Assembly: GCA_963803805.1 (NCBI GenBank)
Contig: CAWDOD010000009.1
Location: 32,001 to 96,000 of the forward strand
DNA: 64,000 nucleotides
From: an uncultured cyanobacterium
Lineage (GTDB): Bacteria; Cyanobacteriota; Cyanobacteriia; Cyanobacteriales; CAWCAG01
Direction of reading: 5' to 3'
In this document: positions 9,702-19,900 of the stretch, piece by piece
How the letters are laid out: every line of letters starts with the position of its first letter
Numbering within the stretch: position 1 is the first letter of the stretch
Position numbers and translations under genes: made by a program
The notes under the pieces: model-generated
Told to the model about the DNA's origin: nothing
Seen by the model: the letters and a program-made list of their open reading frames with translations, nothing else
The model's database searches: none

Positions 9702-10777
9702 GAGTTGATTTCCGGTTTTAATAGTTTTTAAATCTTTTAAATAAATGCTGAGATATTAGAGTTTGATGTGAACGAAGAGTTTTCTAAAATCCACATTTTC
9801 ATAGAGCATTTAATAAATTGCTTAACTCCATTACTCGCTGAGTATCACCCCAGCTTTCATAAATAACTATTACTTTTTCTAAATAGCTTCTCGCTTTATT
9901 TGCCTCTCCTAAATCGATGTACAAAGAAGCTAGCTCTTCTGTTGCTGCTACTTGTTCTGTTTCTGAAGCTGCTAACTCCACAGCTTTTAAATAAGCTTTT
10001 TCTGCTAAGTTAGCTAGCTCAATGGAGTGATAGATTTCTGCTAAAGTACGATAAACGGCCGAACTTACTTTAGTTTGTGCTAAAAACTTTTGTAGACTAT
10101 TAATAGCTTCTAATTTAAGGTCATAGTGAAGATATATCTGAGCTAAAGATAAAACCTGACCTTCTGTATTCAAACTAGTATTATTGAGAACTTGTTCAAC
10201 TTCATTTCTTACTTCTTTTTGTTCGCTATTAGTAAGTAAAGTAAATCCTAAGTTAGAAGCTTTATCTTCACTGGAGTAGCGATAGTTACTTGCTTCGATA
10301 AAAAGAGAATAGTAAGTTCCTGGTTGTAAAGGAAATTCACCATCGTATATGATGTTATTATCAGTAACTTCTTGACTCCAGATAAAATCTTCTCCTTCAA
10401 TTGTGACGTAATAATTATCAACTCCAGAAACCGCATTCCAAGTTAAAATTATGGGTTGATCGTTAAACAAACTTGTACGACGAGGACTAATAATATAGGG
10501 AATGCTGGGATTACTCCTAGCAATATCACCACGGCGAGGACAGCCCAAACTCCCAGGTGTACAGTTAGCTTCTTCTTTTTTGGCACAGTTATTAAGCCAA
10601 TTACTACTTTGAATATTTTTTAACTTCAAAGTACTACACTGTACCGTAACTGCCCCTCCTGTTGCTGCTAATAGTTTGTCTCCCGGATAAAGAAGAGTTC
10701 CTAAGTTTGCTTCAACTAAATAACCAGGCGATCGCTCAATTTTTACCTCCCCAGTAAGAGAAACTATTTGTCCGTTA

Positions 10778-11955
10778 CAGAAGCGTTGAGTGATAGCAAA
10801 TAAAAGTAAAAAAGAGCCTCCAAATTGGTAAAATGGAAGCGATTAAAATAAATAATAAAGTTAAGTAGATGGTATCAAACTTCCCAAAAATAGTCAAAAA
10901 GTACCTGGGAGACTTACCCAAAGACGATTATCCAGTACTAAATACATTTTTATTTGTATCAACCTGGCTAAGTTTCGTATTAGACCAAGGGCAAGTAAGC
11001 ATGACTTCTGTATTCAAAACTCTGAATATTCGTGGCATAACAGTAGATAAATCAACATTCTCCAGAGCGAGTAAAAAACGAGACCCAATGTTGTTTTACA
11101 ATCTGTTTAAAAAACTGAGAAAACAGTTAAACAAGAGTAAAAAAATAGACAACAGAAGGTTAGCTTTGTTTCCTTTAGATTCAACCATAGTGACATTGAC
11201 AAGTAAGTTACTAACAAAGCAAGGATTAAAACAAGTTAAATTATTTAGTGGTCTGAACTTATTAACATCCTCCCCAGAAGGAATACTGATACACTTTGGT
11301 CAAGGTCATGACAGCAAGTATGGAGACTATACAATAGAGTCTAATCCTGAAAACGGAGTTAGCCTAATGGATAGAGGGTTTTCAGGATTGTCAAGAATCA
11401 GGTCACTATTGAGTGAAACCAATAAATATTTCCTATTAAGAATAAAGAAAAACATAAGCATTCAAATGCTAGAGAATGGCAATTACATATTGGGTAAAGG
11501 AAAAGAGCAAGTAGAAGTAAGAGTAGTAATATTTTGCGACTTAGAAAGTAGAACAGAATTTCGACTAGCAACTAACTTGCCAGAAAAAGGAGAGGAGGAA
11601 ATGAGTAACCAAGAAATTGGAGAATTGTACCGTTTAAGATGGCAAATAGAATTGTTCTGGAAATTCCTTAAGATGCACTTAAAACTAGACAAATTAATAA
11701 CTAAAAACACTAATGGAATTGAAATCCAAATATACAGTTGCTTGATTGGTTATGTGTTACTAGCTTTGGTGAAAATACCTCAAGAGTTTGGCAATAAACT
11801 ATTAGATAAGCTTCGCTATTTACAGGCTTTTATGAGTGAACATATCAGCTATGTTCACTGGTTTAAAAAGCTAGTGTTCATATAAAGGTATTTTCTTGAT
11901 CATAGGTGTAGTGTGTCTATTTTTAGACTGAACACCCCCTCGCGCAACACTTCTG
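10778..11955 (+). mobile_element. IS4-family insertion sequence, complete
   Basis: TIRs CAGAAGCGTTG / CAACACTTCTG; 8-bp target duplication GTCCGTTA at 10770-10777 and 11956-11963. Confidence 0.92.
10869..11885 (+). CDS. IS4-family DDE transposase
   Basis: LDST, MDRGF and YRLRWQIELFWKFLK (YREK-type) motifs. Confidence 0.93.
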   Translation: MVSNFPKIVKKYLGDLPKDDYPVLNTFLFVSTWLSFVLDQGQVSMTSVFKTLNIRGITVDKSTFSRASKKRDPMLFYNLFKKLRKQLNKSKKIDNRRLALFPLDSTIVTLTSKLLTKQGLKQVKLFSGLNLLTSSPEGILIHFGQGHDSKYGDYTIESNPENGVSLMDRGFSGLSRIRSLLSETNKYFLLRIKKNISIQMLENGNYILGKGKEQVEVRVVIFCDLESRTEFRLATNLPEKGEEEMSNQEIGELYRLRWQIELFWKFLKMHLKLDKLITKNTNGIEIQIYSCLIGYVLLALVKIPQEFGNKLLDKLRYLQAFMSEHISYVHWFKKLVFI

Positions 11956-12123
11956 GTCCGTTAGATAAGGTAGTGGAAGTTGCTCTAGCCGGCAAAACAG
12001 AGGTAGTAAAAATCAAACCAATACTTAAACTCTTAAAAAGATATTGTAACCAAGAATTAACTTCTAGAAATAGCGGAAACTTTTGCCCCTTACCTTTTAC
12101 TTTTTGCTTATACCTAAACATAA

Positions 12124-13923
12124 TTATTTTTCCCGTGTTAATCTCTGATTAGCTTCAGCAATACATTCATCTTCTTCCGGTACTTCGTAACTGGCATATT
12201 GTTTGACTTTTTTCCAGGCACTCAATGATTGTGTTTTTTTACCTTGTAATTCCCAAACTTGTGCCAACAAACAATGGGAATGGGGACTATCATCTATTAA
12301 ATTAATTGCTTGTTGTAAATCTTTTTCTGCTTCTTCTAAACGACCTTGTTCTAAACGTAACCACGCTCTATTTTTCAGACAAGCCGCTTTAACAGGATCA
12401 TAGTCAGTTATTTCTAAACATTGCCAGACTCCTTTTAATACGGATGATAAATTATCTGTTTTAATGGAAAGACGAGCAAATTCAGCAAATGCTTCAGCAT
12501 AACCTCTTTTTGCTGCTTTTTCGTGATATTTAAGAGCGCAGTCCAAATTATCAAAGTTGTTATCGCATATCCAACCAAGATTATAATAAGCCTGAGAATT
12601 GTTATTATCTAATAAAGTAGATGTTTTATAAATTTTATAAGCTAAGTCAAAGTTTTTTTCCTTTTGATAATAGTAAAGTCCTATTTTATTAGTTTCTTTA
12701 GCTAGCGCTGGGCCAAAGATAAAATACAAAATGACTAAACTAGCAGCGAAAATTATTGTTTTTCTCAAGCTAAAATTTTTATTCAAGAAATAAAATTTAT
12801 CTTTCGTTGACAGTGTGTTTATACCAGTAATCTCCTCCCAACTGGGAGGAGAAATTGCTGGGTGTTGACAAATAACAGGTAGCCAACTTGCTTGAGGAAA
12901 AGCTCCTTCTAAACCTTTTAATTGTTCCCTGGCTTGTCGCACAGCAACAGGAAAAGGCTCTCCATCAGTAAAGGCACGAAAGAAATATTGTAAAAAAGCT
13001 TGGGCTACTGGGTCTGGTACAGGCTCCCGCATGACAATACTAGGGGGCAAAGGTATACCCTGATTTGCTAAATCTCTTGGTAAACCTAAGCCATCACAGG
13101 AATTAAAAATAGCTAACTTTAAGCCTCTGCTTACAGCGTAACTAAGGGCTTCTTTTAACTCTTCTATAGTTAGGCTATTTTCTTGCTCTTGACTATTAAT
13201 ATAAATACGCCCTTTTGTACCATCAGCAACAGTAGCGGAATGACCACCAAAAAAGAGAATATCCCAACCTGTTTGCCAAAGTTGCTCGTTTAATTCTCTC
13301 CTTGTTGGTTCGACTAAAGTATGCAAATCTACCTGGGGTAATTTCTTGAGTAATTGCCAATCTTGTTGAATATCAATCCCCCTACTATCACCCAAAATAG
13401 CGAGAATTTTTACCTTGTTTTTTAAGCTAGAAAAGTAGGCTGGAGGAGAGGGGTATTCTGGGGTAGAAAGAGCTACTTCGGCTTGGGGATAGTCCTGAAA
13501 AAAATCCCATAATAACCAAGGAATACGCCAAACGTCAGGATGAGCGCTTTCTATAATTACCTGGATAGTATCTGAGGTATTTAATTGAGTTCTAAGTTGT
13601 CTAGCAATATTTTGGAAACCGGATTTATTTAACCATTGATTTAATCTCAAACCTAACTGCTTACTAATGAGGTTGAAATCGCTCAAAGAAATATTAGTTA
13701 CCCCAACTTGTTCTACTTCAATTCGCCCTCTATTTTCTCTTTGGCAACTATTATAAATTAGTTGCCAGTTATGATAGAGCTGAGTAATTTCTGGTGCTGG
13801 GGGCAAATTGCCCGTAAGTTGTGTATGTAGATTTCCCTGAGTTCCTAGTCTGACAGCTAAGTTAGGAAATCCTGCTTCAAAACTTCCTTGACCGAAACTA
13901 ATAATGACTAACTTATTCATCAA
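12124..13923 (-). CDS. Membrane-anchored CHAT (HetF-like) protease with C-terminal TPR domain
   Basis: Dyad FFGGHS and IFNSCDG; one TM helix (TIIFAASLVILYFIFGPALA); Cys-rich TPR/SEL1-like repeats follow. Confidence 0.88.
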   Translation of the reverse strand: MMNKLVIISFGQGSFEAGFPNLAVRLGTQGNLHTQLTGNLPPAPEITQLYHNWQLIYNSCQRENRGRIEVEQVGVTNISLSDFNLISKQLGLRLNQWLNKSGFQNIARQLRTQLNTSDTIQVIIESAHPDVWRIPWLLWDFFQDYPQAEVALSTPEYPSPPAYFSSLKNKVKILAILGDSRGIDIQQDWQLLKKLPQVDLHTLVEPTRRELNEQLWQTGWDILFFGGHSATVADGTKGRIYINSQEQENSLTIEELKEALSYAVSRGLKLAIFNSCDGLGLPRDLANQGIPLPPSIVMREPVPDPVAQAFLQYFFRAFTDGEPFPVAVRQAREQLKGLEGAFPQASWLPVICQHPAISPPSWEEITGINTLSTKDKFYFLNKNFSLRKTIIFAASLVILYFIFGPALAKETNKIGLYYYQKEKNFDLAYKIYKTSTLLDNNNSQAYYNLGWICDNNFDNLDCALKYHEKAAKRGYAEAFAEFARLSIKTDNLSSVLKGVWQCLEITDYDPVKAACLKNRAWLRLEQGRLEEAEKDLQQAINLIDDSPHSHCLLAQVWELQGKKTQSLSAWKKVKQYASYEVPEEDECIAEANQRLTREK

Positions 13924-13937
13924 TTAAAGTGGTTATT

Positions 13938-14999
13938 TCAAGTGGTGAAAGATTCAATAAAACTAAGCTCATCACTAGTTACTTTAAGCTGAAACTTAGT
14001 ATTTGGTTCCACACGAAATCTTCTCAATTGTATATACTGATCTTGAGAGCGAGAAGTTACTTCTTGTAAAATTTCCATTGCTTCTGAAAGCAAAATTAAA
14101 TCCAGATTAGCTGGTAAAATCGACTCTCTGACTGAATGCAATTGTACCAAGATATTCAATCTTTGATCTTCTTCTTGAGTTATGGCTACCAACAAAGCTA
14201 AATTCTGTTCCCTCAATTGGAAACCTAAATCGATTAATTTAGCCCTAGCAATATCACTATTTCCTAAACGTTCAAGAAAGTTCCTTTGCTGAAGATTCGG
14301 GTAACTACGGAACTGCCAGTTAGCTTCTGGAGGAGGAGTAAATAAATCTCCAATTCCTTGCCAACCCTGCTGAAAAATATTACCAAACCAACTTGTCAAA
14401 TTAGTAGTATCTTCTGCATTAGGTTCGACTGTAGTTTCCGGCTGAGGTACAAAAACAGCCTCCAAATCTTGCCAAGCTGCGGAGAATTTTCCGGTTAACC
14501 AAGCTGTAAGATTAACTTGCGATCGCTCTAATTCATCAATCTGTTCTAAAAAAGTATCAAGGGGCTGTAAATCTGCCCTAAATAATTCTCCTGTCTCTGC
14601 TGAAGGAGCAAAACCTAAAATTATGCCCTTTTTACTCTCTGAATCAATTTCCACCATGATATAGCCCAAGCGTTCTCCTCTTTCCTCTAAAGGCAAATGA
14701 CAACTAGAACTACCCTTTAGTACAGGGCGACAGACCAACCGTCCTAAGCCTGTCACCATTAAATCTGCTATATCCACAGTTAAACGTATTGCTGGGTTCC
14801 AGCTATCGCTTGCTTCAAGACTTGTAGCAATATCCATTAACTGACAATAACTATGTACTGTCCAAACAGCTAAAGTATTCAAATAAATTTGTTCTGCCTT
14901 CTCAGGAGAGAAATTATCTCTGGCAAACCTTTGTGCAGTCTGCAATGCTGATTGAGTTAAAGGTAAACAGATAACTTCTGCGTGAGTGATCTCGTTCAT
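13938..14999 (-). CDS. DUF1822 family protein
   Basis: Family-like motifs IYLNTLAVWTV, DL.V.GLGRL.CRPV, NL..W.....WQ (twice), RAKLIDLG and DQYIQL. Confidence 0.85.
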   Translation of the reverse strand: MNEITHAEVICLPLTQSALQTAQRFARDNFSPEKAEQIYLNTLAVWTVHSYCQLMDIATSLEASDSWNPAIRLTVDIADLMVTGLGRLVCRPVLKGSSSCHLPLEERGERLGYIMVEIDSESKKGIILGFAPSAETGELFRADLQPLDTFLEQIDELERSQVNLTAWLTGKFSAAWQDLEAVFVPQPETTVEPNAEDTTNLTSWFGNIFQQGWQGIGDLFTPPPEANWQFRSYPNLQQRNFLERLGNSDIARAKLIDLGFQLREQNLALLVAITQEEDQRLNILVQLHSVRESILPANLDLILLSEAMEILQEVTSRSQDQYIQLRRFRVEPNTKFQLKVTSDELSFIESFTT

Positions 15000-15022
15000 G
15001 TTCGGTACTAAATATCGTTCTC

Positions 15023-15700
15023 TTAAAGGTATCCCTGATGTCGAGCAAATTTTCGCAACTTAGGCAAACATTTTCTCTGGTAAAAATTAGCTAAAGTTGA
15101 GTAGGAACAGTCCCACTCAGCCCCTAATTGTTGCCAACTAGTTTCCGGGGGCAAACGGCGCAAAATTATGAGTTGACAAGTAATATCCTTTCTACCTTTT
15201 ACATGGATACTTCGTAATTCTCCTTCAGGATCGCTTTGAACCCAATGCCGGGTTTCCTCTTGAATATCTTGAGTAGCTGGAGGTGCAGGAATATTTTGCA
15301 CAGGGTCATAAAAATTACCTTCTTTCGCTGCTGATGGTAAAACTCGCTTTTCCTTTTCTGCTTGGGCTTGCAGATAAAAGTCTTGCAAACGGCGTTTGAG
15401 ATAACGATCTAACCAAGTTGTCACTAAACTCTTTTGGGGATTATATGGTTGTTTTGCCGTAACAGCTTCACAAAGATTGCGGCAAAGATATATCCAAGTT
15501 TGTTGCAAAGCATCTTCATAATAATCTGTCTGTTCATGCCAAAGTTTACCTGCTTTAGTGATAGCCGCAATCAAACGATTAAGGTATTTGCGTCGCTGTA
15601 AACTCTGGGGTGGTTGACAACAAGCTTGGTTGACTAACTGTTGAAGATAGTCTTTGTTCGGAATAGATGATGGTTTTTCTTCTGAGTTAGGACAACTCAT
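15023..15700 (-). CDS. Sigma-70-family (ECF-like) RNA polymerase sigma factor
   Basis: Sigma-2-like YYEDALQQTWIYLCRN...TTWLDRYLKRRLQD; C-terminal HTH WQQLGAEWDCSYSTLANFYQRKCLPKL; directly upstream of DUF1822. Confidence 0.8.
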   Translation of the reverse strand: MSCPNSEEKPSSIPNKDYLQQLVNQACCQPPQSLQRRKYLNRLIAAITKAGKLWHEQTDYYEDALQQTWIYLCRNLCEAVTAKQPYNPQKSLVTTWLDRYLKRRLQDFYLQAQAEKEKRVLPSAAKEGNFYDPVQNIPAPPATQDIQEETRHWVQSDPEGELRSIHVKGRKDITCQLIILRRLPPETSWQQLGAEWDCSYSTLANFYQRKCLPKLRKFARHQGYL

Positions 15701-16535
15701 GGTTAGCACTCTAATTTTGGCCTGTTATTTAAAAGCATCCACTATTACTTTTGCTGCAACAGCGATCGCCTTAATCTCTAGCCAATCAGGCCAAGCAGCA
15801 ACGATATCTACATCGGAATCTCAACCGATTGATTTAACCACCTGGCAACAAGAAGGTTCTCCTGAAAATGGTAACTGGGTTGTCTCTCCTGATGGTAGCT
15901 CAGTTCTCCAAACTATTAACGGAATTCCCACTTTCTTTGTTAGCCCCGACAATTTTATTGACACCGAAATTAAAGGAAAATTTGGCGTTGCATCACCTGG
16001 TAATTGGGATGATGACTGGATAGGCTTTGTCTTTGGATACCAGTCTCCGATAGCAGCTAATGGTGATGAACTCAACAACCTAAATTTCTTACTATTTGAC
16101 TGGAAGCAAAATGGAGGTATAAGCCGTGGTAACGAAGGCTTTAGTTTGATTAAAGTTGATGGTAACTTTACTAATCTTGATGCTACCTTCTGGAGACGTT
16201 CACCTACTCCTGAATTTGAATTTTTAGCTACTAACTACGGTTCGAATAAAGGTTGGCGAGATAATACCGAATATGATTTCACACTGCTTTATCAAAGCAA
16301 TCGCATCAAAATTGACATTGATGGAAGCACTATTTTTGATATCGAGGGTGAATTTGAGCCTGGGCGCTTTGGTTTTTATAATCACTCTCAAGAATATGTC
16401 GGTTATTCTGGGTTAACCCAAAAGCCAGCACCAGTGCCAGAATCTAGTTCTGTATTAGCTTTGTTAGGGGTTAGCACTGGGAGTTTTTTGCTTGCTCAAG
16501 GCAAAAAGCGAAAGAGTAAAGCATTAAGCAATTAG
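15699..16535 (+). CDS. PEP-CTERM protein with a thrombospondin C-terminal-like (lectin-fold) domain
   Basis: DDDWIGFVFGYQ resembles the TSP-C signature; ends PVPESSSVLALLGV...KKRKSK. The start position is uncertain. Confidence 0.8.
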   Translation: MVSTLILACYLKASTITFAATAIALISSQSGQAATISTSESQPIDLTTWQQEGSPENGNWVVSPDGSSVLQTINGIPTFFVSPDNFIDTEIKGKFGVASPGNWDDDWIGFVFGYQSPIAANGDELNNLNFLLFDWKQNGGISRGNEGFSLIKVDGNFTNLDATFWRRSPTPEFEFLATNYGSNKGWRDNTEYDFTLLYQSNRIKIDIDGSTIFDIEGEFEPGRFGFYNHSQEYVGYSGLTQKPAPVPESSSVLALLGVSTGSFLLAQGKKRKSKALSN

Positions 16536-16589
16536 CATATTTCAAATAGCTTTTTGCCCACCATCAATAGCAATGTAAACAAAGGGAAA

Positions 16590-17420
16590 TCAATTGAACT
16601 TGTTAACCTCTTCTACAGACAAACCTAAAGCCTCAGCCACCTGCTCTGTGGTTAGCCCCATACTCAACAATCGAGGAATAGAGTCTTGTAGTTTCTGTTC
16701 AGTCTGTTGCAGGTTTTGTTCAGCCTGTTGCAAATCCTGTTCAGCTTGTTGTAGATTCTGTTGGGCTATTTCTTCTGGCAAGGGGACTACATTCTCCCCA
16801 TCCTCGTCGTAGTAAAAACGTAACCAGCTTGCTTGCACCTCATCAATAACTCCATCCCAGGTTCCTAACCATAAACCTAAACTCTCACACCATAGCCAAC
16901 CTTTCCCGTTGGCTTCGAGGGCTTGATAGCCTTGTTGTAAATCCAAACTCCAGCCCAACAATGAATTGGGGTCAAAGGGATTAAACACAAAGTAATCTGG
17001 TGTGCGGAAAGTCTGTTCGTAGAGGTCTTTTTTCTTCCCTGTATCATTACTTGCTGTTGAACGAGACATCAGTTCAATGATGACATTTGGGTAACGGCCA
17101 TTTTCTTCCCAGACTACCCAACCTTGGCGTTCATAGGTTCCATCTATGTTTAAGACTAGAAAAAAGTCCGGCCCTCGGAAGTCTTGATTGCGAACTTGTT
17201 GGCTGCTGTAGTAGACAAACATATTGCCCCCAACAAAGTAGTCGGTTCGGTTAGCAAGAGCAGCAGGAATTGAGCGAATGAGGACATTCATCGCTTGTCG
17301 GTGGCGATTGGTTTCCAAGGGTTCTCCATCATCAAAGATTAACTCTGTCGGCGGTGGGGTTGGTTCCCATTCGACGGCATTATCAGTAGTATTTTGGTCT
17401 TGGCTTAGTAGGGTTGACAT
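16590..17420 (-). CDS. Uma2 family (PD-(D/E)XK) putative endonuclease
   Basis: DDGEPLETNRH, FRGPDFF, PNVIIELMS.STA..D..KK.LY; QAEQ coiled-coil tail. Confidence 0.92.
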   Translation of the reverse strand: MSTLLSQDQNTTDNAVEWEPTPPPTELIFDDGEPLETNRHRQAMNVLIRSIPAALANRTDYFVGGNMFVYYSSQQVRNQDFRGPDFFLVLNIDGTYERQGWVVWEENGRYPNVIIELMSRSTASNDTGKKKDLYEQTFRTPDYFVFNPFDPNSLLGWSLDLQQGYQALEANGKGWLWCESLGLWLGTWDGVIDEVQASWLRFYYDEDGENVVPLPEEIAQQNLQQAEQDLQQAEQNLQQTEQKLQDSIPRLLSMGLTTEQVAEALGLSVEEVNKFN

Positions 17421-17766
17421 GGCAGTTATAGCTATCAGGTTTAATAAGTTTAATTTAGCTTACTCAACATTTACCCATCTAATTGCTCCGGCTTGTGGAG
17501 CATTTTTTAGCTAGACAATATAAACGCTTTTGGTCGCAAAATGACCAAAGTTAAGTGTATTTAGGGATAGTCCTTTTTTTAAGGAAGAAAATGCTTAAGG
17601 AAAGTAAACGGCTGTTTTTCCCTAAGTCCCTTAAGCTACCTGTTAAGTAAATCTGAAAAAGATTGTAAAGATTTGTAAATAGCTACGAAAAACGACCCTT
17701 CTCATCCCGATACATTTACAGAGCAGAAAATACTTATCCCAATTTCAACTCCAACTAGAGATATCT

Positions 17767-18894
17767 ATGACTTCTTCAAAAAAACGTCTACAAGTTCATA
17801 TCCTCGAACCTATTCTTACTCCCAGTGGTTTATTTGATGGAGGAGAGGATACACCAGACCCCACATCTCTAGATATAGACCTAATAGATGACTTTGATAA
17901 TGGAGATATTGAGGATCTAACTTCCATCGCTGATGTTCCCATAGAGGAACTGGAAACTATAGACTTTATCAATGAACTAGACTTATCCTCTACTTTTGAA
18001 TCTGGTTACTTTACTGTCGGGGAAACAGGAGAAGTTAGTGTTGATTTCCTCTTCGATGGCGGTGGCTATGAAGGAGAAGTAGCTATTTTTAGTTTGGAGG
18101 GAATGGAGGAGTTTGCACCGGGTTCAGAAGAATTTATTGCTGAAGCGGCTAGTCGGAGTTTAAGTAATTCGGAGTTGGGCTATGTGGTGATTAGTGATTC
18201 CCTTGAAGGAGCTAGGTTTGAAGGAGATTTAGGGGAAGACAACCGCAACACTGGGGAATATCTTGGACTCAAAACAGTGAAGATGAAGCCTGGGGATGAG
18301 TTTGGTATCATGCTTGTTCCCAATCAATCTGTGCAGTACGTCTTGGAAAACCCTGATGCAGATGGTACAGCCCGTCCCCTTTTCTCAATGGCAACTGCTA
18401 ACCCTGATGATGGCTTTCATATTGGTCAAGTTGCGGATGTAACCGGGGACGGCAGCACCTTTGTGATGGAGGATTTGCGAGTTGATGGGAGGAGCGATCG
18501 CGACTACAACGATATCATTTTTCAAGTTAAGGGTGCTTTTGGTAAAGCTGAACTTTTAGATAATCTTATTGACGAAGATCTAGATTGGCGAGATACTGAA
18601 TTAGGGCAGCAACTCCTCCATTATGCAATCCCTGAAGTAATTGACCCTGTAGAAGATGTCACTCTCACAGGAGAAACTCCTCAAGTAACCATTGACTTAA
18701 ATAGTGTTTTCAATGATCCAGAAGGGCAAAAGTTAACCTATGAGGTTGTTAGTGGTAATGGGGAGAGTTTAGTAGCCAGTTTAGAGGAGAATTTATTAAG
18801 TTTAGTAGCCCAGGAAAAAACGGGTGTTAATACTGTTGCTATCCGTGCCATAGACCCAGATGGCAACTCCATAGTCCATAATTGGCAAACGTGA
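17767..18894 (+). pseudogene. N-terminal fragment of the giant protein (LEPILTPS leader, DUF4114-like domain, Ig/cadherin-like repeat), truncated by IS982
   Basis: FVMEDLRVDGRSDRDYNDIIF is DUF4114-like; FNDPEGQKLTYEV is cadherin-like; the stop codon lies inside the IS end. Confidence 0.8.
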
Positions 18895-19900
18895 GTTCGA
18901 TGAAGTTAAAAAACAGCAGAAGGAAGTTCAGCTAGGCCTTTGGGGTCAAGGTCAAGGGAAGGCTTTTTGGGCAAGAAAGTATAAGCGATTAGACCAGCTA
19001 AGAGATTAACCAAAAAATTCCAAACGCTACGGTGTCTTGAATGCTGAATCTGACAGATATTCTTGAGCTGGTCATTAACAGTCTCAATCAGAGAACGCTT
19101 ACGTAGGAGAATCTTATCCTGAAGACGCATTAACTTCGGCTTCATATTTTTCTTGCGGTGTGTAATCAGTTGTAGTCTTTGTTCATAGAGTTTCTCAAAC
19201 AAATCCTGAGAAATATAACCTCGGTCGCCAAATAACTTACCAATCAAGCCATCAGCCATATCTGGCACAGGGTTACGGTCATCAGTATTACCCTCTGTAA
19301 GTTTGAAAGCAAGCAGCTCACCTTTGTCATTAATAATTAGATGTAGCTTGAAGCCATAATGCCATCCCATAGCATTTTTGCCCCAACCTACCAAACCTTC
19401 AAAAACACGGTGGCTTTTGGAGCGATTCGGGTGGCAGACCTCAATGGGGGTAGAATCAATAAAGCTGATGCCGGTAATTTCTCCTCGAAGAGTATGTAGA
19501 AAACAGCAAAGAAGCATTAAGCTCCACGGCATTAGCTCTACGAATCGAGTGTAACTGACCAAGTTGGGAAAAGCTTTCTTCCAGTAAGGCAAGACTTGTA
19601 GAGTGTAAAATTCTTTAAAAGTGCGAAATCCCGAACCATGAAAGGCAATGACAATGGTCATCACTTCGCTTAGGCTTAGGCGGGAGCGACATAGACGCTC
19701 TCCACAAGTTGCTGTTAACATTGGCTGTTGTTGCCAATGCCTCTCAAACCTTTGATAAAAGTCATCTACCTGACAGAATATTTGGGTGATATCGAGACGA
19801 GATACAATATTGGACATAGCATCAGATTCTGATTAAGATTCATTTTCAGCATACCTCTGATGCTTTTCTTTTCTCTCTTTTTCCTCCGTCGAACTCACGT
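18889..19900 (-). mobile_element. IS982-family insertion sequence, complete
   Basis: TIRs ACGTGAGTTCGA / TCGAACTCACGT; target duplication TGGCAA at 18883-18888 and 19901-19906. Confidence 0.92.
18906..19817 (-). CDS. IS982-family transposase
   Basis: IDSTPI, GWHYGFKLHL, GDRGYIS and RKRSLIETVNDQLKN motifs. Confidence 0.95.
   Translation of the reverse strand: MSNIVSRLDITQIFCQVDDFYQRFERHWQQQPMLTATCGERLCRSRLSLSEVMTIVIAFHGSGFRTFKEFYTLQVLPYWKKAFPNLVSYTRFVELMPWSLMLLCCFLHTLRGEITGISFIDSTPIEVCHPNRSKSHRVFEGLVGWGKNAMGWHYGFKLHLIINDKGELLAFKLTEGNTDDRNPVPDMADGLIGKLFGDRGYISQDLFEKLYEQRLQLITHRKKNMKPKLMRLQDKILLRKRSLIETVNDQLKNICQIQHSRHRSVWNFLVNLLAGLIAYTFLPKKPSLDLDPKGLAELPSAVF

Larger units (their letters stand above)
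9799..12121 (-). pseudogene. Exported TPR-containing protein interrupted by an IS4-family element
   Basis: Removing the IS and one TSD joins 12121-11956 in frame to 10769-9799 (...STTLSNG|QIVSLTGEVKIERSPG...CSTLKLKNIQ). N-terminal signal-like segment, C-terminal TPR-like helices. Confidence 0.85.

Noticed and set aside
11900-12152. ORFs 11900-12121 (-) and 11913-12152 (+) as independent small genes
   Set aside because: The first is the 5' piece of the IS4-split gene reading into the IS end; the second is its antisense shadow.
17663-17679. TTGTAAA direct repeat upstream of the giant gene as a regulator box
   Set aside because: Too short and AT-rich to support, and it does not match the NtcA GTA-N8-TAC spacing.
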